A program made the translations under genes and the position numbers. Source: Cyanophora paradoxa CCMP329 (Eukaryota; Plantae; Glaucophyta). Taken from it: a DNA stretch of 64,000 bases. Below, piece after piece: positions 46,094-56,554 of the stretch. The notes beneath the pieces are model-generated. The model had not been told where the DNA came from. It ran no database searches and saw only the letters and a program-made list of their open reading frames with translations. Where the stretch lies: contig QPMI01000101.1 of the NCBI GenBank assembly GCA_004431415.1, positions 248,001-312,000 on the forward strand, written 5' to 3'. Numbering within the stretch: position 1 is the first letter of the stretch; the number at the start of each line of letters is the position of its first letter.

Positions 46094-47914
46094 TCAGTGG
46101 AAGCCCTTGCAGCGCTCGAGGAGGCGCTCGCGGGCGCGGAGGGTCCGCTCCAGCGTGGAGGCCCGATCTTCCGCCTCCTCCTTACCCGTCGCCAGCGCCT
46201 TGGCCGCCGCCAGCTGCCGCGAGCGCGCGTAAGACAGCGCTCAGGGCGAGGGCGTGCCTCGGATTCAATTTGATGTCGCGCCTTGGACTCGAGGGAGGCG
46301 ATCTTCTGCTGGAGCCGCTCCACCTCCGCCTCCTTCGCCTTCAGCTGGCTCTCGGCGACGGCGTACCCGGGCAGCCGGTGCGCCGCCACCGGGCCCTCCC
46401 CCGCCTCGCGGCCCGCCTCGGGCAGGGGCGGCGGGATGGCGATCTGCGGCCGCTGCAGCGCCGACGCGTCCTTGTCCGCGGCGTCCCGCTCCTCCGACTT
46501 GGGGCCCTGGCGGGGCGGGGCGGGGCGGGGTCGGGGAGGCGGGGCGGCGAGCGCCTGGTGCGGCGCGGCCCGCACCTTGACGGCGTCGCACCAGAAGTCC
46601 CCCTCCTCGCCCCGCGAGGCCGCCCCGAGGCTCCGGCCCAGGCACCGCATCAGCCGCGTCGCGCTCGTCTCCACGGCCGGGGCCGGGGCGGGGGCGTGCG
46701 CCGGGGCCGGCTGCGGGCCGGCCGGGGGCGCGTAGTAGGAGGTGGAGTGCTGCTCGCCGCGGATGTGGCGGATGCGCCCCAGCACGCCGGGCTCCGCGAA
46801 GAGCTCGTGCTCGCACCCTGCCGCCCGCTGAGGGGGGCCCAGGGGCGCGCGGCGGGCCCCCGCACCGGCGCAGTCGACCTTGAGGAGGGCGAGCTGGTCC
46901 GGGACGTAGGAGAGGAAGAGGTCCTCCAGCGTCGCCGTCCGCACCCGCTCCACCCGCCCCAGGTGCGCCCCCGCCACGCTGTCCGGAGGCACCAGGCTCC
47001 GCACCGCCACGTCCCGCCCGTCCGACGTCACGCCCTGCGCGTGCGGGGGGCGGGTGTGAGGGATGGAGGGGAGGGAAGGCGCCCGGGGGTGCGCGGCGCG
47101 CCATGTGGAGGGCGATGACGTTCGTGACGCCGTTCGCGCGGATGTTGTGGAGGAGCAGGGCGTAGCTGAGGGGTACCGGCTCCAGCGCAACCACCTGGTC
47201 CGCACCTCAGGAAACGCGCAGAGCGTCGAAGAAGCAAGTGCAGGGGGGGTACGGTGGCGCGGGGGAACATCTTGGCGGCGGCGAGGGCGAACCAGCCCGT
47301 GTTGGCGCCCACGTCGACGACGACGTCCCCCGGGCGCACGTCGACGTGCTGCAGGGGGGTTCGATGGGGGGCGGGGGCCGAGGGGAAGGAAGCGAGGAGT
47401 AGAAACGGGGCGAGGACCTTGAGGCCGTAGTGGTCGCGGGCCATGCGCTGCTCGAGGGCCCGCACCTGAGCCGCGCGTGAGCTGCCTGCCTCCCGCAGGG
47501 GCCAGGGGGGGCGCGCCTGGGCGTCGGCGGCGTGGAGCTCGCGGATCGTGAGGTCGAAGTCGAGGAGGCGGACGCGGTGGTCCGAGGCCTGGGAGGGCAC
47601 GGCGACGGGCGCCTCGTCGCTCTCCGCCGGCAGCTGCCGGTACTTGCGCACCGCCACGCCCTCCCCGGGGCCGCTGGGCGCCGCCAGCCAGGCGCGCCCC
47701 GCCTGCTCGAGGCGCTCGCGGACGCCGCCGGGGAGCGGGAGGGCGCCGCGCTCGACGGTGACGTGGTGGGGCCGGCGGGGCGGCCGGCGTCGGCGCGCCC
47801 GGCGGGGCGGGGCGCCGGGGGCCTCGTCTTCGGGCGCCCGCCCGCTCAGCATGCGCTTGATTAGGTCGGGAATGTTCGGCAAGAGCCGCCGGCCCTCGCC
47901 CTTCGCCCCGGGCC

Positions 47915-47951
<37 letters not shown>

Positions 47952-49131
47952 CGCCGGCTCCGCTGGCGGTGCCTTCTGCTGGGTGTCGGCCACCGGCGGC
48001 GCCTCCGAAGCCGGCGTCGCCTCCTCCACGCGCACTGCAGCCGGCGCCCCCTCATCCACGCCCGCCGCCGCCGCCTTTTCCTCCGGCACTGCTGCTCCTG
48101 CCTGCTCCGGCTCCTCCGGCACAGCAGCCGGCGCCTCCTCCGCCGCCGCTGCCGGCGCCTCCTCCGCCGCCGCTGCCGGCGCCTCCTCCGCCGCCGCTGC
48201 CGGCGCCTCCTCCGCCGCAGCTGCCAGCGCCTCCTCCGCCGCAGCTGCCGCTTCCCCCTCCTCCTCCTTTTGCTCGGCCGCGGGCGGTGCGGGATCCTCG
48301 GCGGGCGCTGGCGCCTGGGCCTGCTCCGCCGGCTGCTCCGCCGCAGGGGCCTCGGCCGGCGCGCCCTCGGCGGGCGGCTCCGCCTCCCCGCCGCCGCGCC
48401 CTCCGCGGCGCCCGCCTCGGACTCGCCCGCCGCCTCCGCCGCCGGCACCGCGGTCGCTCCTTCTTTGGCGACCGGCGCCTCGGCGGCCTGCTCCGGCTGC
48501 TCACCCGGCGGCGCCTCGGGGGCCTCTCCGCCCTCCCCCGCGTCGCCCGCCGCGGCGGCCGCGCCCTCCCCGTCTCCGTCCACGTCCGCGGAGCGCTCTG
48601 CCACCGCACGCTCCCTCGGCGCATCGCCGGCTTCTGCGGCGCTAGCCGCCGCCGCCTCCGGAGCGGCCGCCGGCTCCGAGTCCGATGCCGGTTCTGTCGC
48701 GTCTCCCGCGACGGCCGGCTCCGCCTGTGCGCTCCCTGCGCCCGCTTCGCCTGCTGGTATCTCCCGCGCGTCAAGGACGACCCGCTCCGTGTCCGCGTCG
48801 CTTCCGTCCAGCGCGGCGGCGGCAGCGGCCGCCGCCGGTGGCGCCTGCCCCTGGGCGGCGGCCGCCCCGCTGCCACTGCCGCTGAGGACCGATCCCAGCA
48901 GGTCCTTCACCCAGTCCGAGGAGCGCTCCGGCCCCCGGCTGTCGACCGCCGCAGCTGCCGCCGACAGGCCATCGGGGAAAGCGGGCTCGTCTGCGCGCGC
49001 GAGCTGCGCGGCGCGGCGCAGATCAGCTCGCGGCATCCGCGAAGCATCGCGGCGCTCACCGCTGCGAGGCCCGCGCAGAGGAGCGCGATCTGGAGGAGGA
49101 CTGCCCAGGACCTAGAGCGACGGCGGAGCAT
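46094..49131 (-). CDS. FkbM-family SAM-dependent methyltransferase with an N-terminal signal/anchor, long A/E/P stalk and C-terminal coiled coil
   Basis: Motif I VVVDVGANTGWFALAAAK, VVALEPVPLSYALLLHNIRANG, TLEDL...LALLKVDCA|GCE. N-terminus MLRRRSRSWAVLLQIALLCAGLAA|LARADE. TGA at 46094. Confidence 0.85.
48127..48250 (-). repeat. 24-bp coding tandem repeat (about 5 copies, AAAAEEAP-type)
   Basis: GCCGGCGCCTCCTCCGCCGCCGCT repeated in the FkbM stalk. Confidence 0.8.
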
Positions 49132-49450
49132 CTGGGGCCGAGTCCGATGCGACGCCGTATGCCTTGCGCAGCTTGCGATACTTATGAAACTTGTTGAAGG
49201 CCTCGATCTCCTTCGCGACGTAGTGCCCGCGCGCCACGAGGTCGGTGATTCTCTTTGACGGTGCAACATCAGCAGCGGCGAGGGGGGGCGCATTCGCATG
49301 CCAAGCGTGCATTCGCACCTGTGGGTCTGTTTCCTGGGCGTTCTTGAGGAACGCGCGTTTCGCCTTAGAGCGCACGACGTCGAGTCCTTCCGGGTACGAG
49401 CGGCCGAGCCAGAGGAGCGTCCGGTAGAGCTCGCGGACCTCGCAGCGCAT
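49112..49450 (-). CDS. ETFRF1: LYR-motif protein 5 / ETF regulatory factor 1 homologue
   Basis: MRCEVRELYRTLLWLGRSYPEGLDVVRSKAKRAFLKNAQETDPQ|RITDLVARGHYVAKEIEAFNKFHKYRKLRKAY matches the LYRM5 pattern (LY..LL.LGR.YP.G...FLKN...G....KE.EA.....KYR). One 66-nt intron, 49318-49253. Confidence 0.88.
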   Translation of the reverse strand: MRCEVRELYRTLLWLGRSYPEGLDVVRSKAKRAFLKNAQETDPQVRMHAWHANAPPLAAADVAPSKRITDLVARGHYVAKEIEAFNKFHKYRKLRKAYGVASDSAPDAPPSL

Positions 49451-49596
49451 TAGGAGCCCCAGCCCCTTGCGCCGCTGAACCTCCGCTACTGTCACAGTGC
49501 GCACGAAGCCGGGGTACCGCGCGCGAGGGGCCAGTTCGCGTGCTCGCCGACGACGCGACGACTGCGCGTATTTGGGAGGGGGTAGCCGCCGCGGAG
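49451..49596. promoter_or_regulatory. Putative bidirectional promoter
   Basis: 146 bp between the divergent ATGs of LYRM5 (49450) and the ABCB gene (49597). Confidence 0.55.
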
Positions 49597-52500
49597 ATGC
49601 GTTCGATCCACGCCGCCGCCTACGCGCTATCGGCGAAGCACGCGACACCTGTCGCCGCCGTGCGGCCCAAGCAGCGCACGACGTCGAGTCCGCACGCGCA
49701 TCGCGTGGCGCTGGGCTCCCTGACGCCATGCACCGGGCCGCTGCGGATCGCACCCAGCCTTCTCGCGCGGGCGGCGGAGTCACGGCCCAGCACAGCGCCG
49801 GAGAGCTACGTATACGCTGGGCTCGCCCGCCGCGGGATTCGCTCGACGGCGCCGGCTCTTTCGCGCTCGCCACCGGCGGAGAGCGACGAGGAGCGGGCGC
49901 GCGAGCAGCGGCAGCTGGAGCGCGAGGAGCGGCCGCTGGGGCAGGTCATCCTCGCCCTCTTCAAGCGCCTCGGGCGGGTGCCGGCGGAGGGCCCGCTTCT
50001 CCCGACCAAGGCCGAGATCCTGCGCCTCTTTCGCATGGCCATCCCCGAGAGCAAGCGCGCCCGCCCCGCCCCGCCCCGCCCCGCCCCGCGCGGCGCGGCC
50101 TGCCGCCTTGACCTTGCGCGCAGGCTGCTCTGCCTCGCCATCGGGGCGCTGGCGTGCTACTCGGCCTCCGGAATTGCGATGCCGCGCATCACGGGCCAGA
50201 TCCTCGACGCCGTCTCCAACCACGCGGCGAACGGGCTCGGCCCCCTCCAGAGCGTGCGCCCTCCTCGCCCAGCTCGCCAGCTAGCTTGCGCCCCGGCGGC
50301 CTTTGAACCATCGCTCGCGCGTGCGTGCAGGCGGGCACGGCGATGCTGGGCGTCTCCCTCGTGGGCGTACTCTCCTACAGCACCCGCGAGCTCTCCCTCG
50401 GCCTCGCCTCGGCGCGCCCCCGGCACCGCCGGCCCCGCCCTGCCCTCCCCCAGCTTCTAAGAGCCCTGCGAGCTTCTTGCCTCCTGCGCCGCCTCGCGGA
50501 GAGTGTGAGGGGTGGCGGCAGGAGCGGATCGCGGCGCGCTTCCGCAAGTCGATCTTCAACGCGCTGCTGGCGAAGGAGACGCTCTTCTTCGACCGCAACC
50601 GCGCGGGGGAGCTCACCAACCGCCTCTCCGCCGACGTCATGGTCGTCACCAACTCCATGTGCCAGGCCCGCGCCCCCGCCGTCGGCTCCCCCTCGAGCCG
50701 CGCCCCCCTCCCGCTCACACCGCCCCCGTCTTCCGGCCCGCAGAACATCCCGTACGCGCTGCAGAACGTGATCTCGCTGTGTGGCGGGGCCTACATGCTC
50801 TTCTCGCTCTCGCCGCCCCTGGCGGCTTTCGCGCTGGGCCTCTACTCGTCGCTCTCGCTCGCGGCGGCCGTCTACGGGCGCGTGGCCAAGCGCCTCTCGA
50901 AGCAGCAGCTGGACGCCCTCGCCCGCGCCACCGCCATCGCCGAGGAGCGCATCGCCAACGTCCGCCTCGTGCGTCGCCCCCTCCCCCCTCCCGCTCCCCT
51001 CCAGTGCCGCCGCCGGGTTGAGAGGCGGCGCGCTGCGGGTGCAGGTGCGGCTGTTCGTGCGGGAGGCGCAGGAGCGGGAGCGGTACGCCGCGTACGTGGA
51101 CCGCGTCTACGCCGCCGGCTCCGCCATGGCCGTCGCCTCCGCCTGCTACTGGGGCTTCATCACCGGCATCGAGTACGTCGCCAACCTCGCGGTCCGCCCA
51201 CGTACCCCCCTCGCCCGTTCCCGGGTCGCTTCGATCCCCTTCCTCGCGCAGGTGCTGTGGGGAGGGGGGTACTTCACGACGACGGGGGCCCTGGCGCTCT
51301 CGATCGGGGAGCTCACGTCTGTCGCCATGTACACCGTCAACACGGGGTACGGTGCGGGAGCCCCCTCCGCCCCCCCCTCCCCCGCCCCCCTCTGCCCCTC
51401 CGACCGCGTGCGCGGGGAAGCGATGGGGGGGCTCTCGGGGACGTACGGTGAGATCATGCGGGCGGTGGGCGCCTCGACGCGCATCTTCGAGATCCTCCAG
51501 CTCGACGCCCCGCCCGGTGCGAGCGAGGCCCCTTCCCCCGCCTTCAACCAGAGCTCAACGTCGCTCTTGCTGCTCGCCCCTCCTGCCGCTTCCCTATCTT
51601 CTTTCGGGCCCCCGTCTTCTTCTCCCTTGACTCGCTCCTCTTGTGCAGCGCCCGCGGTCGTCCAGTCGCCGGCCGCCGCCCGCGTCCAGGCCTCCACCGC
51701 CTCCGCCCGCCGCATCGCCTTCGAGGGGGTACACCCTCCCCGACCTCTCCTCTCCCTCCCCTCGTCTCTTAGCGCTCGGCAGGTCCACTTCTCGTACCCG
51801 AACCGGCGCCCCTCGGGCCCGCGGTGCCCCGACGACGCGTCGCGCCCCAGCGCCAGCCCCTCCCCTGCCCCCTCGCCCCCCTCCTCTTCCACCGCCGCCG
51901 CCGGCTCGCCCGCCCCTGGGGAGGAGGAGGCGGTGCTGGAGGACTTCAACCTCTCGCTGAACCCCGGCGAGTCGGTCGCCCTCGTGGGGCCCAGGTCCGC
52001 CCCACCCCGCCCCGCCGGGGCCGCCCCCGCGCAAAGCGGCGAGGGGGCGGGCAGCGGGAGCGGGAAGAGCACGGTGGTGCTGCTGCTGGCGCGGCTGTAC
52101 GACCCGACGGCGGGGCGCATCACGATGGACGGGGCCGACGTCCGCGAGCTCGACCCCGCCTGGCTCCGCGAGCAGGTCCGCCCCGCCCGCCCGCCTCGCG
52201 CCCGGCCAGCCCGCGCTCCCCCAGGCGCTAGAGCAGGCCCCGCCTCTCTCCGCGAGGGCGCGCGTGGACGGGGTGGGCGGCGCAGGTGGGGGTGGTGACG
52301 CAGGAGCCGGTGCTCTTCGACGACACCATCCGGGAGAACATCCGCTACGGCCGCCCCGGCGCCTCCGACGCCGACGTCGAGCACGCCGCCCGCCAGGTCC
52401 CCCGCACCCCCTCTTCCTCCCCGCCCCTCCGACGCCGAAGGGCGCACGCAGGCGAACGCCGCCGGCTTCATCGAAGCGATGCCGGCGGGGTACGACACCG

Positions 52501-53351
52501 TCGTGGGGGCGCGCGGGGCGAACCTCTCCGCCGGCCAGAAGCAGCGGTGCGCGCCGCTCTCCACGCCCCCGGCCGGCCCTGGAGCTCTGCATCCCCTCCC
52601 ATCCACCCCGCCGTCTCGATGCTGCCCTTCTCGGCCTCCTCCGCGCCACCCCCTCGCCCCCTCCGCCGCCTCGGTTGGACGGGGCGGGGCGGGGCGGCTG
52701 CAGGGTGGCGATCGCGCGGGCGCTGCTGAAGGACGCCCCCGTCCTCGTCCTCGACGAGGTGCTGCGCCCCGGGCCCGCCCCGGCCCCGCCCGGCGCGGCG
52801 CTGCGCCTGACGGGGGGCGGCGGGGCAGCCGACGTCGGCGCTGGACGGGGAGAGCGAGATGGCCGTCGAGGACGCCCTCCTCAAGCTCATGCGCGGTCCG
52901 CCCCGCCCCGCCCCGCCGCCCCCCCCGCCCCCCCCCCCTCAAGCATCTTCTCCCCAGGGCGGACGACGCTGATGATCGCTCACCGCCTGCACACCATCCA
53001 GCGCCTCGACCGCACCGTCGTCGTCCGCGTGCGCCGCCCCGCCCACGCCCCCCCCCCGCCACGCCTCACTTTGTAGCCCCCTCCAAGCCCGCCTCCCCTC
53101 GCTCGCCCTCGCCGGCCCCGCGACGGCCGCCCCTTCCTTTAGGCCTGCACACGCGCCCGTCCGTCCTCACTCGCCCCGCGCAGGACGGGCGGGTGGTGGA
53201 GGAGGGCCGGTTCGGTGCGCGCCGTCCCTCGCGCGCCCCCTCCGTCTCGCCGCTCGCCAGGCGCTGACGGGGGCCCCCGGGCGCAGAGGAGCTGATGGCG
53301 GACGAGCACTCGGCGCTCCGCTGCCTCGTCAACCGGGCCGCCCAGATCTAG
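49597..53351 (+). CDS. ABCB half transporter, ABCB10/MDL1-like, probably mitochondrial
   Basis: TMD with [12 protein letters not shown]...[17 protein letters not shown] and [11 protein letters not shown]; Walker A GP|SGSGKST; Q-loop [19 protein letters not shown]; signature LSAGQKQR; Walker B VLVLDE|PTSALD; H-loop IAHRL. Arg/Ala-rich presequence; TAG at 53349-53351. Confidence 0.93.
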
Positions 53352-53780
53352 GCCCAGAGCCGCCCGACCAGATCCAGGAGGCCCGCCGCCTCGGCTTCCG
53401 TTTAGCTTGATCATCCCCTCGAGTAGCTCGAGCGGCCGGCGGCCGGCGGCAGGCCTAGGCGCGACAGTACTCTCATCGCGCCGCAGCCCGGATTCAGGGG
53501 CCTCGAAGGAAGCCGGCATGCGCAGGCCTAGGAGTCCGCGCCGCCAGAGCCCGGGCGGCTTACAACATTACTGCTTGGACCAACATGCATATGCTTAATA
53601 AGAGACAAATATACGTACAGATCTAGAAAAAGATGGCGGCGCCAGCACGAGAGGGGGCGGGCGCCGCGGGATTCTGCCTTCCTGCCACGGGGCTCGGGGG
53701 GCCCGAACTCAGGTAACGAAGCGTCACAACCGCAGAACACGCGGCCTGCGGTCGCTCCTGGCCACGGCGCGGCCGGGGGC

Positions 53781-55102
53781 CTAGAAGCGGAGGGGCCGGA
53801 GGGCGCGCTCGCGGGCGGGCACGCCGACCGCCGACGGGGAGGCGTCCCCCTCGCCGTACCCCTCCTCCTCGAGCCCCGCCTTGCGGTGCGAGCGCGGCTG
53901 CTGCTTCCGCTCCGAGGCGCGCCGCTGCGCCGCGAGGGGCGTGGCGGGGCGCTCCTCCTGGGGCGAGGCGGCAGCGGCCGTGGCCGGCTCCTCCATGCTC
54001 GCCGCCTCGAAGGCGCGCAGCAGCGTCGGCCGCCCCGCGCTCTGCGCCGCCGGCATCGTCGAGTAGTGCGAGGGCGCGAGCTGCGACTTGCGCTTGCGCT
54101 GCCGGCTCGAGCCGGTCGTGTGCGCCGCCCGCGGCCGCTGCGCCGAGCGCGTCGCGCTCCGCGGCGTGCTCGGCGCGTCGCTCTCCGACGGCGGCGGCGT
54201 CGCCGACGTCGCGCCCCCGTCCGAGGGGCCCGTCCCCGCGCCCCGCTCCGGCGCCGACTGCGTCGCCGCCTCCTCCCGGTACCCGTCTGCAGCGCGGCGT
54301 CAGCCCGCGCAGCCGGGAGGGCTCATCGGAGCCAACGGACGCACCGAAGCCCTTGAGTAAGGTCATGAGTCTGCGGGGGGCGGGCGGGCGCAGCGTCAGG
54401 CGCGAGGACAGTTGCATCGCGGGGCGGGGCGGGGCCGCCGCACTTGGCCCGCATGTTCTCGCGCTCGAGGTGCGCCTGCTCCAGCTCTCTCTGCACGCGC
54501 GCCAGCTCCGACTTGTGCTGCGCCTTGAGGCGCGCCACCACCTCGTGCGCGTGCCGCTTCTCTGTGCACGCGCGCTCGAACGGTGCCAGCGGCCGGGCGT
54601 TGCGGGCGGACGCGCTTGGCAGTCGCCGCACGCACCCTGGTTGAGGTCCTTCTCGACCAGCACAAGCGCCATTTCGAGCTTGTCCTTTGAGCGGCTCAGC
54701 TCCGCCGTGCGCGCCGTCTCGCGGTCGAGCCGCTGCCGCAGCTCCTCCGAAGCTCGCCGCAGGCTCTGGATCTCCGACTGGTACCGCTCCGAGATGCTTG
54801 CGAGCTTCGTGCTGAGGTCGTCTACCGTCTTGGCGAGCCTGCGGGGCGGGCGTTGGCAGCTTGCGCGGGGGCTGGGGGAGCGGGGGCCGCAGGGATTACA
54901 GATAGAAGTTTTCGGCACTCAGCGCCTCGCTCGCTGTCGATCGCGCGGACAGGCCGCCACCGCTGCGAGGGCTCCACTCTTCGCGCGGCGAGGACTGGCG
55001 TTGCAGCTCATCGTCAGCGGCGGATGGTTCTGCTTTCGTTGGCGTCGGTCGATCGTTCTTGCTTCGAGGACAAAGACACGCGAACAAGCGGGCAGAGTCC
55101 AT
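53781..55102 (-). CDS. Hypothetical coiled-coil protein
   Basis: MDSARLFACLCPR... is spliced to LAKTVDDLSTKLASISERYQSEIQSLRRASEELRQRLDRE (heptads), then a low-complexity tail ending RPLRF*. Confidence 0.65.
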
Positions 55103-55225
55103 GGCTTCACGCCCGCCGGCGCTGCTCTCGCTTCGACTCACCGCACCGGCCTAGATCAGCTAGCTCCGTCGCTGGGCTGGCCGCCTGGCGCCGGCTGGCG
55201 GGAGTCGGGGGGTACGCGCACTCAG
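55103..55225. promoter_or_regulatory. Putative bidirectional promoter
   Basis: 123 bp between divergent ATGs at 55102 and 55226. Confidence 0.5.
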
Positions 55226-56429
55226 ATGCTTGCGCGGTGTGCGGCGGCCGTAGCAAGGAGGACGCATCTCGGCAGCGTGGCGCGGCGCGGCGCGCAACTG
55301 TACCAGCTCAAAGCTTCGCCGACAGCAAGCACGATGTCGGACGAGGCCGCCGCTCGGTGCGCGGTCGTCCGGCAAGCCCGGGCACACGCGGAGAGACGGG
55401 CTAACAGCGGTACACGCGCAGCTTCAAAATCTACACGAGGACGGGCGACAAGGGTCCGTCCCGCCTCGCGGCGCTTCCGTGCCGGGTGCCCGCGAGCTGA
55501 GCGCGTGCCGCGCGGTGCAGGCTCGTCGAGCTTGTACACGGGGGAGCGGAGAGAGAAGGACGACCTCGTGTTCGAAGCGCTCGGCGCCGTTGACGAGCTT
55601 AATTCCGCCATCGGGTAAACCCCGGTCCCTGCCGGATTGCGCCCCTCTCACGCGCCTGCGCGTTCCGCAGCGTGGCGCACGAATTCTGCGAAGAAGCGGC
55701 GAACGGCATCCACAAGAAGCTTGAGCAGGCAGCCGCTCGCGCACTCCCCTTGGCCGCGGCGCGGCGCTGCCGCCTGACGCGCCCGGCGCAGCTGCAGTCG
55801 GCGCTCCTCGACGTCGGCTCTGCAGTGGCGACGCCGAAATCGTCCGCCGCGGAGCACAAGCTCGGTGCGCCCCTCTCCGCCCGCCCACGGCTCGCCCCCT
55901 CCTCGGCCCCCGCCCCGCTCAGAGGGGACGGGCCCGGCGCTGCGGCAGCGCGCGTGCAGTTCGACGAGGGGTGGATCGGGCAGCTGGAGGCGTGGATCGA
56001 CGAGGCGGACGCGCAGCTGCCCCCCCTCCGCAACTTCATCCTCCCCGTGCGCCCAGTGGAAAGCGAGCGAGGGGCGGCGGGGGCTGACCCCGGGCGGGCC
56101 GCGCAGTCCGGGGGCAAGTCGAGCGCGTTCCTGCACGTGGCGCGGACGGGGTGCCGGCGGGCGGAGCGGCAGGTGGTGCCCCTAGTGCGCGCCGGCGAGG
56201 TCGACGACGTCGTCCTCCGCTTCCTCAACCGGTCCCTCCCGCTCGCCGCGGCCCCGGGCACGGCCTCTTCCCCGCCCATCCCACCCTTACCCTCTCGAGC
56301 AGGCTCAGCGACTACCTCTTCACGGCGGCGCGCCTGGCGGCCCTCAAGGAGGGCAAGACCGAGGTCGTCTACCAGAAGGGCCGCACCGGCGCCGGCTCCT
56401 CCGCCGCCCCCGCCGCCGCGACCAGCTGA
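55226..56429 (+). CDS. MMAB: ATP:cob(I)alamin adenosyltransferase (PduO/MMAB type) with a mitochondrial presequence
   Basis: [10 protein letters not shown]|[41 protein letters not shown]|[19 protein letters not shown]|[13 protein letters not shown] at 56427-56429. Confidence 0.96.
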
Positions 56430-56554
56430 TGTATTCGTATTCGCCTTCTTGTTATTTCGAGATTGAATACAGATACGGACGACAATTTCTTTAGCTGTGC
56501 TTTTTTCGCTGACAGTTGATTAGAGGAGGGAGGAGCCTGGGGGAAGGGCGCGGC

